A stretch of DNA of 64,000 nucleotides from Strigamia acuminata. Its lineage: Eukaryota. Position numbers and translations under genes: made by a program. The stretch is taken from NCBI GenBank assembly GCA_949358305.1, contig OX442314.1, positions 3,038,001-3,102,000 on the forward strand, given 5' to 3'. The stretch's first letter is position 1, and the number at the start of each line of letters is the position of its first letter. A model generated the notes under the pieces. That model was not told the origin of the DNA and did no database searches. It worked only from the letters and a program-made list of their open reading frames with translations. This document shows, piece by piece, positions 24,692 through 35,777 of this stretch.

Positions 24692-26995
24692 ATAAGGACC
24701 ACGAGGCGCACGGACCCGAATTTTTGGCGCATATGCATCGGATCAATAAATTGTCGGGCGCGAACGTGACGGTTTATCACAATTTTTGCGACGAGGTGAA
24801 TCATTATCGCACTCACGTGGAGATCGATCGGTCGCAATCATTCGACCAACAAAAACGAATATGCGCCTCCGTATTTCCAGTCGAAGATAAAAACCAAACG
24901 GCTTTCTCGAACTCTGTGAAACACAGAGCCACCAAGAAAACAAATCCATTTTAAAACACCAATTTTCTAATCAATTTTTCTTTATATCGGTGGAAATAGT
25001 CACTACGTTTTTTTTTATTCCTTGTGCGATGCAGTGAAGTATCGAGGGGGCGTTTTCAATTTTTAATAGCGTGGTTTTTACCCGTTGTTTTTTTAATCAG
25101 AATTCTTTTCAACCAAGTCGGAAATTTTCCCAGTCGAAAGGAATCCTGGTCGAAAATTTTCCTCAAAATGCATTTTTGTGGTCTCAAAATGCATTTTTTG
25201 GTTAAAGTGAATAATTATTTGGCAGATGATGGCTGAAATATCTAACCAGCCACAGGAAATGATGTGATTTACATCACTAAAATGATAATTCAGTTGCTAT
25301 AAGTGGCCTATTGATAAGTCACACCTGGTTTTAAAAAAATTGATTTTTAAATGAAATCAAACTATTTCCAATTTCGTGTGTAGGAAATTGTTTTGATTCT
25401 TACTTGTCTGACATCTAGCGGCGCGTTAACGAATTGAACGACTCGGTTTCCAGGTTTCACGAAACCAAAGCGAGTCCTAATGTGATTTTTTTGTTGTTTA
25501 AACACAATTGTTGAATCATTTTTGGTAATATTTTCAGAAAAATAAAAAAAGCGAGTGAAAACTGCATCAAAAGTTGCCATTTATTTTGGAGTATTTGCTG
25601 GACGAAAACGAGGTCCGAAGGACAATGGCGCGCACGAGCGTATCGGCGCGCCGGGAATTCTGTTGCTGCCACGATCACCCGTAAACAGTGAGTGCATTTT
25701 TGCCTTTTCACGTTGTTGGAAACGATAATAAGAATTGAATTGGTGGGCAGAAGAATCTAGATCCGTGAATCGGCAAAATATGGCCGTAACGCGATCAAAA
25801 TGTAATCGGAATGCTGAAAAATTCGGTTTGAAATTCCTGAATTTCATTTGTTTGATTGAAATGACAAATGAGCAAATACATCGGAAAAATTCGGATCGGA
25901 TTTAGATGACCAAAACCGAAAAGCTGATCGAATCGGATGGTCGGTGTTATTTAATTTTGTATTTGAGCCGACAGATGGCGCGTAGGTCATGGCAGAATTG
26001 ACGTACCTAATTGATTGTTGTCAGGTATTACGGCATATTCGTATCGATTAAATCTACTGAGAAGCCAACTGTGGTTTTATCCGTTTATCTAAGTTGACAG
26101 AAAGACAAGGGGACATGAATGGCGGAGAATAGCGTTAAATATGGGATCGATCTGTTTTTCTAAAAGAATATTAATATTGCTGAATTGAAAATAGAGTTTA
26201 AATTAAAATCAATTACTCACACATGTTTGACTCAAATTTAATTGCTTTAATGAATTAAGACACTACACATTTAACGAGCCAAATTTTACGTTTAGACTGG
26301 TTTAAAAAATATACAGAAAATAAGTTTAAATGACACTGTGAGTGCACCTGCTGTCTACAACGTTGCATTAATTAATCGAAATCAAAATTGTACATGATAA
26401 CTGACAGTTATCTGAATAAATTAATAGAGAGTACATAATAAGTTGGGAATGAAGTTAACAAGTGCTGTGAGATTTTAATCGTGCTTACAAGATATAGTAT
26501 TTCTAAGTTTAACAATAAATGAAGTAATCTAGCTATGTCATAAACTAACAACCAATGTGGAAACTGCAAAACAGTCATCGTTCAGCTCTCCAATGACCAA
26601 TCCAAAAGCATGTAACAAACCGCATGTGATAAGAGATAGGTTTTATTTTGTTGGTGCTGCCATCTGTTATGACTCATGTTTGAAACACTCATAACTAATG
26701 AGTGTTTCAAACATGTTGCATTCAAATTTAATTCCACATGATGGTATTATTGACTTTGAATTGGTAAATTCTCGTATAAACCAAACACTGAGCTTGATTA
26801 ATTGTTCTGTTTGGAGAAGTGCATAGGGAGAAACAACGTGAGCACCCTGAAGATTGGTTTACGTAATTTTCAGGAGGTCAGACACAGTAAGAAGGATGAT
26901 AATAAAAGAGGATCTGCAAGAGTGCAATTTTGAAATGCAATAAGGTATTGCGGATAATTAGTTCCCTGAATAACAATAACTATTTCAAATTAAAA

Positions 26996-29900
26996 TGTAG
27001 ATCTTTGAGAAATAAAAAAGTCGACTTGTTGGTTCAAAACTTCTTCAAGACTGGTTTTATTCTTTCTTTAAACAGCGGTAATTAAATATACAAAAAGGAA
27101 ATGACTAATATTTCTGTGCTACAAGTAAAGCGCACAGAGAAAAGATGACGCGCTCCAAAAGGGGAGCGCAAGATAATTGGTTACACATTTAAAAGTAGGT
27201 GAATTCTTGGAATGGAAAAGATAAGTGGTTTAAGGTGAAAAAACAACTATTTTTAACTAAACAAATATAATTTCAAAAGGGTTCAAATAAAACACAATAA
27301 AATAATAGTTTGTCAAAATCAAACTAACATCACATCAATTCAAATCATTAATGAGCAATTAAAATCAGCAATATATCAAAATTCTCACATTATTATAAAA
27401 ACAATTAAAATTCAATAATCAACATGAAAAACAAATAAACAGTGGCAACAATAATCAAAACGCGTAAAAACGTGTCGGTTTTCACACTGCCGGCGGCACA
27501 GGACCGGGGTGAATCTCCATTTTTATCAAACGTTGAATAGGTCGCCTAAATTTATTACCATTAGGCATTAAAAGTTCGCATGAACGTGCCACACCATCCT
27601 TACTGGGGTGTATGCTGACGACGCGTGCCATTTTCCAATTGATTCTAGATTTTAGTAAATCTTCCACCAACACTACATCTCCCGCTTGAAGTTGGCAAGT
27701 ATTTGGTTTTCCCACTTGTCTCTTTAAGTCGACTAAATACTCACGAGACCATCGTCGCCAAAAGTCCATCAAGATGCTTTGGCGTCTCTTCCATTGGTGG
27801 ATAAATGACTGCTGAGTCGGTTCGTTCGAGGCAGCGTCTTCAGCAGATGGCAAACTTGTTAGGTTGGTCCCCGTCAAAAAATGGGCCGGTGTGAGCGCTT
27901 CGGGTTCGTTTGGCGCGTCATAGATGTAAGTGATAGGTCTTTTGTTGATGATTGCTTCCACCTGAGTGAGTAAAGTTTCCAATTGAAAGAAGTTGAGAGA
28001 GGCTGATCCTATCGTTTTTTTTAAACAAGATTTGACAGTTTGAATCATCCTCTCCCAAAATCCCCCCCACCAAGGAGCATTCTCAACAATAAATTTCCAC
28101 TCAATTCCCTTTTGAGTTAGGAAATTACGCACGGAGTCGTCTTTCGTATTTCGCAGCAGAGCGTTCAGTTCACGGTTTGTACGATGGAACGTCGTCCCGT
28201 TGTCACTGTAGATGGTCCTAGGCATCCCTCGTCGGCTGATGAAGCGTTCTAGCACGCCTACGAAGTCTGAAGTGGTCAGTGACGGAATTAGTTCTAGGTG
28301 CACTGCTCGAATATTGGCGCAGGTGAAGAGAGCGATGTATGCCTTCGTCTTCCTTCCTCGTACGATGATTGGGCCTGCGAAATCGACTCCGGTAATGGCG
28401 AATGGGCTGCACTGTGACACTCGATCAAAAGGTAGTTGTCCGGGCACTTCTCTCATCAATCGTCCATTTATTCTCTTGCAAGTCACACACTTATTTAGGA
28501 TTGTTTTCAAGGTTCTCCTCGCGGCTGGCGTCCAGTAATTCTGACGGAAGTATGCCAGGGTGGCTGTCAAACCGCAATGGAAAACCTGAGAATGTGAAAA
28601 CGATAAAATTAATTTGGTGAGTGCGTGATCGGACGGGAGAAGCACGGGGGAGTTTGCAGTGATGGCGTCTTTGGAGTTCCTGAGTCGAGTGTCCAATTTG
28701 AGCACGCCAGAAACGTCTAGATAAACGTTTAGGTTTTGCAGTTTCGAGTCGGTCAACGGCCTTTCGTTTTGTAGTCGTGTCATCTCGATCTCGTAACATT
28801 CTCTTTGTGCAGCTCGGATCAGCGTCGTCTCGGCCTGTTTGAGTTCGACGATGGTCAATGGTCCTCGAATCTTATTTGAGACGTCGACAGTTCGTGTATT
28901 GGCGGCGAATCTCAGCATCCAAGCCGTGACCCGTCGTAATCGACTGAACGAGCTAAATTTGGTGAAAATAAATTCGTCCGACTCGTCTGCAATTTCCACA
29001 TTAGAATTCGGCCAATCGTCACGAGGGCCTCGCATCCAATCTGGTCTGTTCCACCACAGCTGGTCGGTCATCAATTCGTCGACCATCAGGCCGCGTGTCA
29101 AGCGGTCAGCAGGATTGTCGATGCCCGGTACGTGACGCCAATTGTCGATTTTTGACTTTTCTCGAATCTCCAGCACTCTGTTCTGTATAAATGTTGGCGG
29201 CCTTTTAGCTGTGTTGCGGATCCAATGTATGCATATTTGGGAGTCGGTCCAGTAATGAATTTCACGGCATCTTGTCACCTCTTTAATTTGGTCGGCCATG
29301 CGGACTGCTACCAAAGCTCCCATTAGTTCCAATTTTGGCAATGTTAATGGCTTGACTGGTGCCACCCTACATTTAGAAAAAATAAAAAAGGAATTGATTA
29401 AGTCTTCCGTGGTGTCTTGAATGTAGGCGACAGCACCGTACGCCTTGGGGCTTGCATCGGAAAAAATATGGATCTCGCAATTCATTTCATTTCTCACTCC
29501 CAGCCATCTTGGAATTTGGAATTCACTCAATTTTGGAATTTGTTCTGCCCATTTAAGCCAGTTGAGTCTAAGAGCATCATCCAATTTTTCATCCCATTCC
29601 AATTTTCTCAGCCAAAGTGATTGGAAAAAGATTCTTGCAGTGACGGTAAATGGCGTGACGAATCCGAGTGGGTCAAATATCTGGGCGGAGATTTGGACTA
29701 CTTCTCTTTTCGTCACTGTTGTGCTGTCTACGCTCGATATATTTTCGATTTGTAGACTCAGTTTGTCTGAAGTTGGATCCCATTTCAGTCCCAGCACTTT
29801 GGATTCTTCATTTGATGTCACCTTTGCATCTGCAGGATCTTCTTTTCTGAATATTTCGCGTAGTTCAGGAGAATTAGTCTGCCATTTTACCAGTTGCATG

Positions 29901-30930
29901 CCGGCTGATGAGAGCATTTCGCGAGCTTGTTCGAATGTCCTCACTGCCTGGTCAATGTCGTCCACCGACGTGATCAAATCGTCCACGTATAAAAATCGAC
30001 AAAGTAATTCGTATGTGGCGGGATATTTGTCTTGGTAGATCTTGATGTGGCGTTTGATGGTCGCATTTAAAAGGAAAGGGCTGGGCGCTGCGCCGAAGAG
30101 AACGCGCGTTTGACGTAGTACTCGAATTTTGGCTCGTCCTGTTCCGTCCCAGTCTGCGCAAACCCACAGAAAACGTGTTACGTCTCGATCCTTTACTTCA
30201 ATTTCGATCATGTGGAACGCCTTGCGAATATCCGACGTCTCAGCGATTTTTCGGAGTCTAAATTTCATCAATACAACGATTAGGGACGGCAAAAAGTTTA
30301 TACCTTTGGACAGGCAATCGTTTAGCGATAGCTGCCCCTTTCGATGGGCTGACGCGTCGAACACGATCCTCAGTTTTGTTGTAACTCTTTCTTCTTTTAT
30401 TATTGGCCTGTGTGGCATGTAATAAATCGGGTTGGACGTGTCTCCGGTCACTTCTTCAACGATGCCTTGTTCCAATTGTTCCTCGATGACCTTTTTATAT
30501 TCTAAATACAAATTAGGCTGTCGTCGGAATTTTCTAAGCAAATTCATGAAACGCTGCTCTGCAATGGTAAAATTATCTTCCAGCTCGTTGCTGTCGACGA
30601 CCCACGGCAGTGCAACCGAGTAGTTGGTTCCAGTCCATCGTATTGATTCGTTGAATTTGCGCAGAACTTCGACTTCGTCCGTGTCTTCCATCGACTCATG
30701 CTGGATTCCAATGGCCTCCAATTCCCAGAGTTTCTTCATGATGTCATCTGTGGATTGTACAAGGGTGATTTTATTTGTTCTCACCGTTGTTGCAAGGATG
30801 TGTGTGCCATTGGTTGTTTGTCCATGCAGTGTCCACCCAAAGTTTGTGTTAACCGCGATTAAGTTGTCTTCGATGAATTCAGTTCTCTTGGTCGTAATTT
30901 TCCAGTAGTTGTCCAGTAGTTGTCGACTCC
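26996..30930 (-). mobile_element. 5'-truncated BEL/Pao LTR retrotransposon with its 3' LTR (26996-27486)
   Basis: The pol ORF runs into TGTGAAAACC... which ends ...GATCTACA with AATAAA upstream. Gag and the 5' LTR are absent; an 11-bp duplication lies at ~30901-30922. Confidence 0.85.
27482..30784 (-). CDS. BEL/Pao Pol (RT, RNase H, integrase)
   Basis: TTKLRIVFDAS, YVDD, FDPLG, FSDAS..AYGAV, LPKLELMGA, NPADRLTRG, GVDFAGP, APWWGGFWER. Confidence 0.93.
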   Translation of the reverse strand: MRTNKITLVQSTDDIMKKLWELEAIGIQHESMEDTDEVEVLRKFNESIRWTGTNYSVALPWVVDSNELEDNFTIAEQRFMNLLRKFRRQPNLYLEYKKVIEEQLEQGIVEEVTGDTSNPIYYMPHRPIIKEERVTTKLRIVFDASAHRKGQLSLNDCLSKGINFLPSLIVVLMKFRLRKIAETSDIRKAFHMIEIEVKDRDVTRFLWVCADWDGTGRAKIRVLRQTRVLFGAAPSPFLLNATIKRHIKIYQDKYPATYELLCRFLYVDDLITSVDDIDQAVRTFEQAREMLSSAGMQLVKWQTNSPELREIFRKEDPADAKVTSNEESKVLGLKWDPTSDKLSLQIENISSVDSTTVTKREVVQISAQIFDPLGFVTPFTVTARIFFQSLWLRKLEWDEKLDDALRLNWLKWAEQIPKLSEFQIPRWLGVRNEMNCEIHIFSDASPKAYGAVAYIQDTTEDLINSFFIFSKCRVAPVKPLTLPKLELMGALVAVRMADQIKEVTRCREIHYWTDSQICIHWIRNTAKRPPTFIQNRVLEIREKSKIDNWRHVPGIDNPADRLTRGLMVDELMTDQLWWNRPDWMRGPRDDWPNSNVEIADESDEFIFTKFSSFSRLRRVTAWMLRFAANTRTVDVSNKIRGPLTIVELKQAETTLIRAAQRECYEIEMTRLQNERPLTDSKLQNLNVYLDVSGVLKLDTRLRNSKDAITANSPVLLPSDHALTKLILSFSHSQVFHCGLTATLAYFRQNYWTPAARRTLKTILNKCVTCKRINGRLMREVPGQLPFDRVSQCSPFAITGVDFAGPIIVRGRKTKAYIALFTCANIRAVHLELIPSLTTSDFVGVLERFISRRGMPRTIYSDNGTTFHRTNRELNALLRNTKDDSVRNFLTQKGIEWKFIVENAPWWGGFWERMIQTVKSCLKKTIGSASLNFFQLETLLTQVEAIINKRPITYIYDAPNEPEALTPAHFLTGTNLTSLPSAEDAASNEPTQQSFIHQWKRRQSILMDFWRRWSREYLVDLKRQVGKPNTCQLQAGDVVLVEDLLKSRINWKMARVVSIHPSKDGVARSCELLMPNGNKFRRPIQRLIKMEIHPGPVPPAV

Positions 30931-31691
30931 TTTAAACCCGTGGAATTAAGGACAATCAAAATTGAAGAAGAGAAAATAAGGAGAAACCAGTGAGAATGCC
31001 AATAATAGATCCAATCTGACACAACAACTTTACAATAGTAACCTCTTGCTGTTCTTCAATTATTTCTCTGATGTTATTTTCAAACATGTAATGTCGTGCC
31101 TAAACTCAATAAAGACACAACACATCGATTCGTAGTTAATTCCAATCTGACTTTAATCGGCCTTCAATGACCTTTATAACCTCGTGCACCCAACCTTGAT
31201 GCTTTCGCCCTCTAGTGGCCAATTATACAAACATTCATATAAACACTACATTACAAAACATATACCAAACAAACGGTTGTGAATCGCGCTCTAAGCTGTT
31301 GATAATTGAAGGATTGTAGATGGTTTCTTGACAAGATGCTTTGCAGGAACAGTCTTTTCGGGGGTTTGTCTTGAACAGAGTTTTCAAATATGTCTCGTAA
31401 ATTGTTTTAGCCGTCTCTTGAGATAGGCAAAGGGGAAATTTATTCTTATCCATGGATGGAAGTCTAGTAATACAACAATATTTACTGGAAATACACAGTG
31501 TGCCATGACACATCATTTTTTTCAGTTATTAAAAATTGAGCAAACGCTTGAACTGTTTGGGGTAGCAACTTAGCAAGGTAGATCAAATGTGGCAAATTAA
31601 ATTTATTGGTAACAATGACAATTGCTTATAATCATTTTTTCCAATGATTTTAGATTCTATCTTTGAAAGTTTTAAAAATAAATAATATTAT

Positions 31692-31940
31692 TGTGAAGTT
31701 TGGGGTTGACCACACACGAGGGGTCAACAGCGTCACGTCGCCGGGGGGCATTTGGACGTGACACCAATACGTCCGATAGGCGTTAGAAGGTCGGAACCAA
31801 TAGGAACCGACCATCTTTGTATTTTAATCTATTGTTTTTAAGAATAAAGGTCACTTTGAATTTGGAGAAGAAGGCGAGTGTGTCGCAGACCAGTGGGTCC
31901 GCCATCTTGATTTTTCGAGGCAAAAGGGCGATAGTTCACA
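31692..31940. mobile_element. Solo LTR (249 bp)
   Basis: TGTGAA...TTCACA termini, 4-bp TSD TTAT on both sides, internal AATAAA. Confidence 0.85.
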
Positions 31941-32939
31941 TTATCATTCATTTTCAAAGTTGTGGCAAGTCTTTTTTTTAAAAAATTTAACAGTTCTGAA
32001 ACAGTTTTTCTTCAGACGATTAAACTGTTTAATTTTTAAACTAAATGAATGGTGCTCTACACCTTTTTGCTGTTTTTGCTGTTTATAAATGGAAACCTGA
32101 ATACACCTGCTGCTACCAATAAATTTGCTCCATTTGATTGTTAGGAATATACTCAAACAATGTATGATTTGTAAATTGCAAAGTGGGATGCACGATAATT
32201 AGTAGATGAATTACAAGGTACCTGCAATTGAAAGTTTGTTGCTCGAGTATCTTTTCATAGCAGTTTTCTTCACATCTTAAAACTTCATCATTTGGTCTGC
32301 AAGGACTTCTCAAGGTATTTAATCGAACAAGCTGGAAAGATTAAAAAACTAAATGTGAGCCCTTGAACAAATTGGGGCCAAGAACCAAAGAAAAATTTGA
32401 TTTTTTCAAAACTGTCGATAATTTCTCAAATTTGTTAGTTGGTTAAGCAGTGATAAACTTGTCAAATAACGGTCGGCGCATTCAAAAGCACTCGTTAAAC
32501 ATTTTTTATTTTTATTTATACTTTTTTATACACATAAATTAGCACATCTACACTCTGATTCTATACCATCTAAGGTGATAAGTTCTTCTATTTGTTCGAA
32601 CTGATTCAAAGTGTCTTTGTCATTGCATTCCGGTAGATTTCTCGCTTCATAAAATGGATATCTAATGTGACAACCTTTATTTAAGTTAACTTCTAATTTT
32701 TATTAATAGCAGTCAGATAAAAAAAATATTTTTCAAATGTTTTGATTTGCGATTTATGCACAGAAATAAATATTCTTTTATCGAATTCTGTTATTGAGTC
32801 GAATTAAAAAACTTACTTGCATTTCATTCTTTTGACGAGACATGGGCTTAAACAATCGTGTAAATTATTATCGCATGGATTTTTCTTAGTGTTGATATAA
32901 TGATACTAAAATAAATGTTTCAAATTCCTGTATTATTAT

Positions 32940-33109
32940 GGGGCCTTCCTTAAATAACACAGCATCTTAAGGCGGTCTTTTTTATTATCTTTTTTTCTAG
33001 GGAGGAAGGGAGGGAATTTGTTACGACATTGTAACAGAAATTTGATGTTACATGTTCATGTTAACTCTAGTCCACCAAAACCCAACATTATGTAAACTAC
33101 GGATGGCCC
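32940..33109. mobile_element. Degenerate Tourist/PIF-like MITE
   Basis: Imperfect TIRs GGGGCCTTCC / GGATGGCCC in a TA-rich context. Confidence 0.35.
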
Positions 33110-35777
33110 TTATTACATATTAGTAAATAATTAGCAATTGTGCTTAAATAAAGCTGATAGACCCAAGAATTACTTTTTATTAATGGCTAGAAAATAATTC
33201 TCTTTTCTGTGTGAATAATTATCAATTTAATCCTTACTTCTTGCACTCTAATCCCAACTGTATGTTTGTCATGTTTTATTTGTAGGCCTTGCATCAGTAT
33301 ACTTGTGACGATTCTACTTTTGGGCTAATTTATTAGTCCTTTGAGATAGATAATTCGGTTTATACAAGACGTTGCTAAGTTTAGCAACAACCTAACCGAG
33401 ATAAGCTACGGAAGTCTTTACAAACATGGCACGTGATCGAATAGAAATAACTTACAGTTTTAGTGTGACATAACATATTTATTACTAAATATTAACAATA
33501 ACAAAGATGGGTTCTTGACGCGTGTAAACGGGCGGCATCAACTGGTTGAGGATCCGGGCGAAGCCAGAGGGATACGGCTGACTTGTGGCATCGTCACAAA
33601 TATCACTACGGAGACGTATTTGGTCCGCAGCTCGAGTATCTAATGATGCGAAGAGTCCTTCGCATAAGTAGGAATATTCAGCAGAATATTCCATGTTCCA
33701 AATGAATAAAAGTAAAGTAATTAGTGGAATACAACAAATGAATTGTTGTATAAATATTAATTGGGCGGGGACCGTTACGACAATTGAGAGAACGTCGCGG
33801 GAGTTGTTGAGACTCCATCCGCCAGCATGCCTTACGACGACAAGACAAGAGTATTTAATTGTGTGCTTTAACTCGCTATCGGTGGTACCAACCACCAGGT
33901 AAACATTTCTATGGACTTACCGGGTTTAAAAGATATTGCCAATACAGGATTACCAATGCCCGAGTAATTTGTTTAACACGACATATTTTATATATCGTTC
34001 ACGGGTTACTAACCCGGAGGGTACGATGGGGCGGGGACCGTCACGATGGTCGAGAGAACCATCGCGGGAGGATTTGACTCCTCCATCCGCCAGCATGCCT
34101 TACGATGGCGGGATCCACTGATCGAGCACCGGGTAAAATATTAATCGGCCACTGCTGTTGGATTACCATTATCCAGGTAGTTATTTATCGCAACATCTTG
34201 AAGATATTACTCACGGGCTACCAACCCGGCGTGTCACCTGTACATTAGGCCTTTACCGACTTTTAACGAGCGGAAGGACCAATCGTAGAAAGACGGGAAC
34301 CTGCGAGGGCTTTTACAACAGCCATCCTGCAGCGGACTGAGGCCAGTTAGCTGAGGGACCTACTTTCATTTAGCAAGGTCGTACTGTATACGACCGTTAT
34401 ATTAAGCCACCGTACGAAATCCTACTGTCCCGTAGAACAGCTGGCTAACGTTACGGGGCCATTTCATGCGAATGCATGTCTATTACCGGAGTTAGCCTTC
34501 CCGAAAAGGCCCTACAACAACAATAACAATAGTAATGAATACCGATTGTGGAGAGCTGAGGTGGCCTGATGTGTCGATAAGAAAGTGAAATCAAACGATA
34601 ACAACAATTCAATTACAGACATTTACAGTTATCAAGCCAGGGGGGTGAGTGGGTGAAAAACTGATGCTTATATAGTTCTGTAGAACTACTAGATTGGCGA
34701 CAGCCAATCAGCGTACGAATCGGCGGATTCGTGGGTCACTAGTCCGGACCTAATATATGACTACGTCCAGATGGGCCCGGTTGGGGGTGGGAAGGGTCCA
34801 ATTGGCCCCCTTTGACAGGTAAGTAATGTGGATATTGATTCGATAGAATCAACTTTGTCAAGTAAATAATACTTAGTTTACATCGAATAAAATAGTTATA
34901 TTTTATTCACCGTGTCTAAATAATTATTTATCACACTTTTCAGTTTTATCGAGTTTGAATTACGAGCGTTTGGTAAACAGCGCCATCTATTGTGAACATT
35001 GATAAATACGGATTTGTAATCATCACACATCCCCCGGTGACAATCATAGAGTTTACCAACTCTCGATTGTCATTCTTAATGGATAAGAATGTTCACCTAA
35101 TTCTATCGAATTAATCCACTTGGTAAGTATTTTATTAAACTTAATCACGTTATTTCTTTCAGAAACTTCGTCACCCGATTAGACTAATCGGCTTCCCTGT
35201 ACTGCGCAACTCCCGGTTGCTAAGCGACGGAAATGAACTCGTCCGAACATGGATACATGTTCGAGAAAACTAATTTCGATAGAAATTTTATTTTCTCCAT
35301 CGAATAAACTTCTTTCCTAGCTTATTATCAACAAGATAATCAATAAAAAATAAACTTATGCAAAATTTTATTTATTGAAAATCTAAACTACTAATTTTTA
35401 TTACGATTGTCATAAAAATTATTGAATTTCAACTTGAAATTCTTCAACACTTTGAACAAAGCAAAACAAACACAATTTCCACAAATAATTATGAAATTCA
35501 CAAATGAATCAAACAAACATATATTAATATGATTAGTTCAATAAACACTCAAATTGAATTCGAAAACAAAACAAATTAAATTGAATCCAATTTTTAAATT
35601 AAACTATACTCGTTCGAGTATTTAATGATTAGTTCAAGATCTTGAAACAAACAAACACAATACTCGTGGGAATATTTCGTAATTGCGAAAAAACACAACA
35701 AACACTTGGAGCATTTTTAGTCATAAAAAATCTCCACTCGGGAAAAAAAAAATAACGAATGTTAATTTGTCCCTTCT

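Larger units (their letters stand above)
18797..24954 (+). pseudogene. SPRTN: SPRTN (SprT-like DNA-protein crosslink protease) copy disrupted by an LTR element and truncated
   Basis: Exons 18797-18887, 18947-19088, 19146-19299, resuming at 24697. Motifs WETIDPAPDVHRLFLQFN, VKWSPRMTLCAG, LRPRKDLVETLLHEMIHAYLFV, HGPEF..HMHRIN, VYHNF.DEV. Homology stops at YRTH (~24817), before the zinc-binding subdomain. Confidence 0.9.
30955..33300 (-). pseudogene. DEG/ENaC (pickpocket-like) channel remnant, C-terminal exons
   Basis: Spliced Cys-rich thumb-type exons (32905-32817, from 32661, 32331-32222, 31463-31266: CEENC..NCR, CSCKASCQETIY) and a TM2-like exon EEQQEVTIVKLLCQIGSIIGILTGFSLFSLLQF. Internal stops are present and the upstream part is cut by the LTR at 33304. 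Confidence 0.6.

Noticed and set aside
33485..34340. Short ORFs in the LTR (duplicated at 46110-46979)
   Set aside because: No recognisable motifs; they are shared only because the LTRs are duplicates, and an indel between the LTRs alters one of them.
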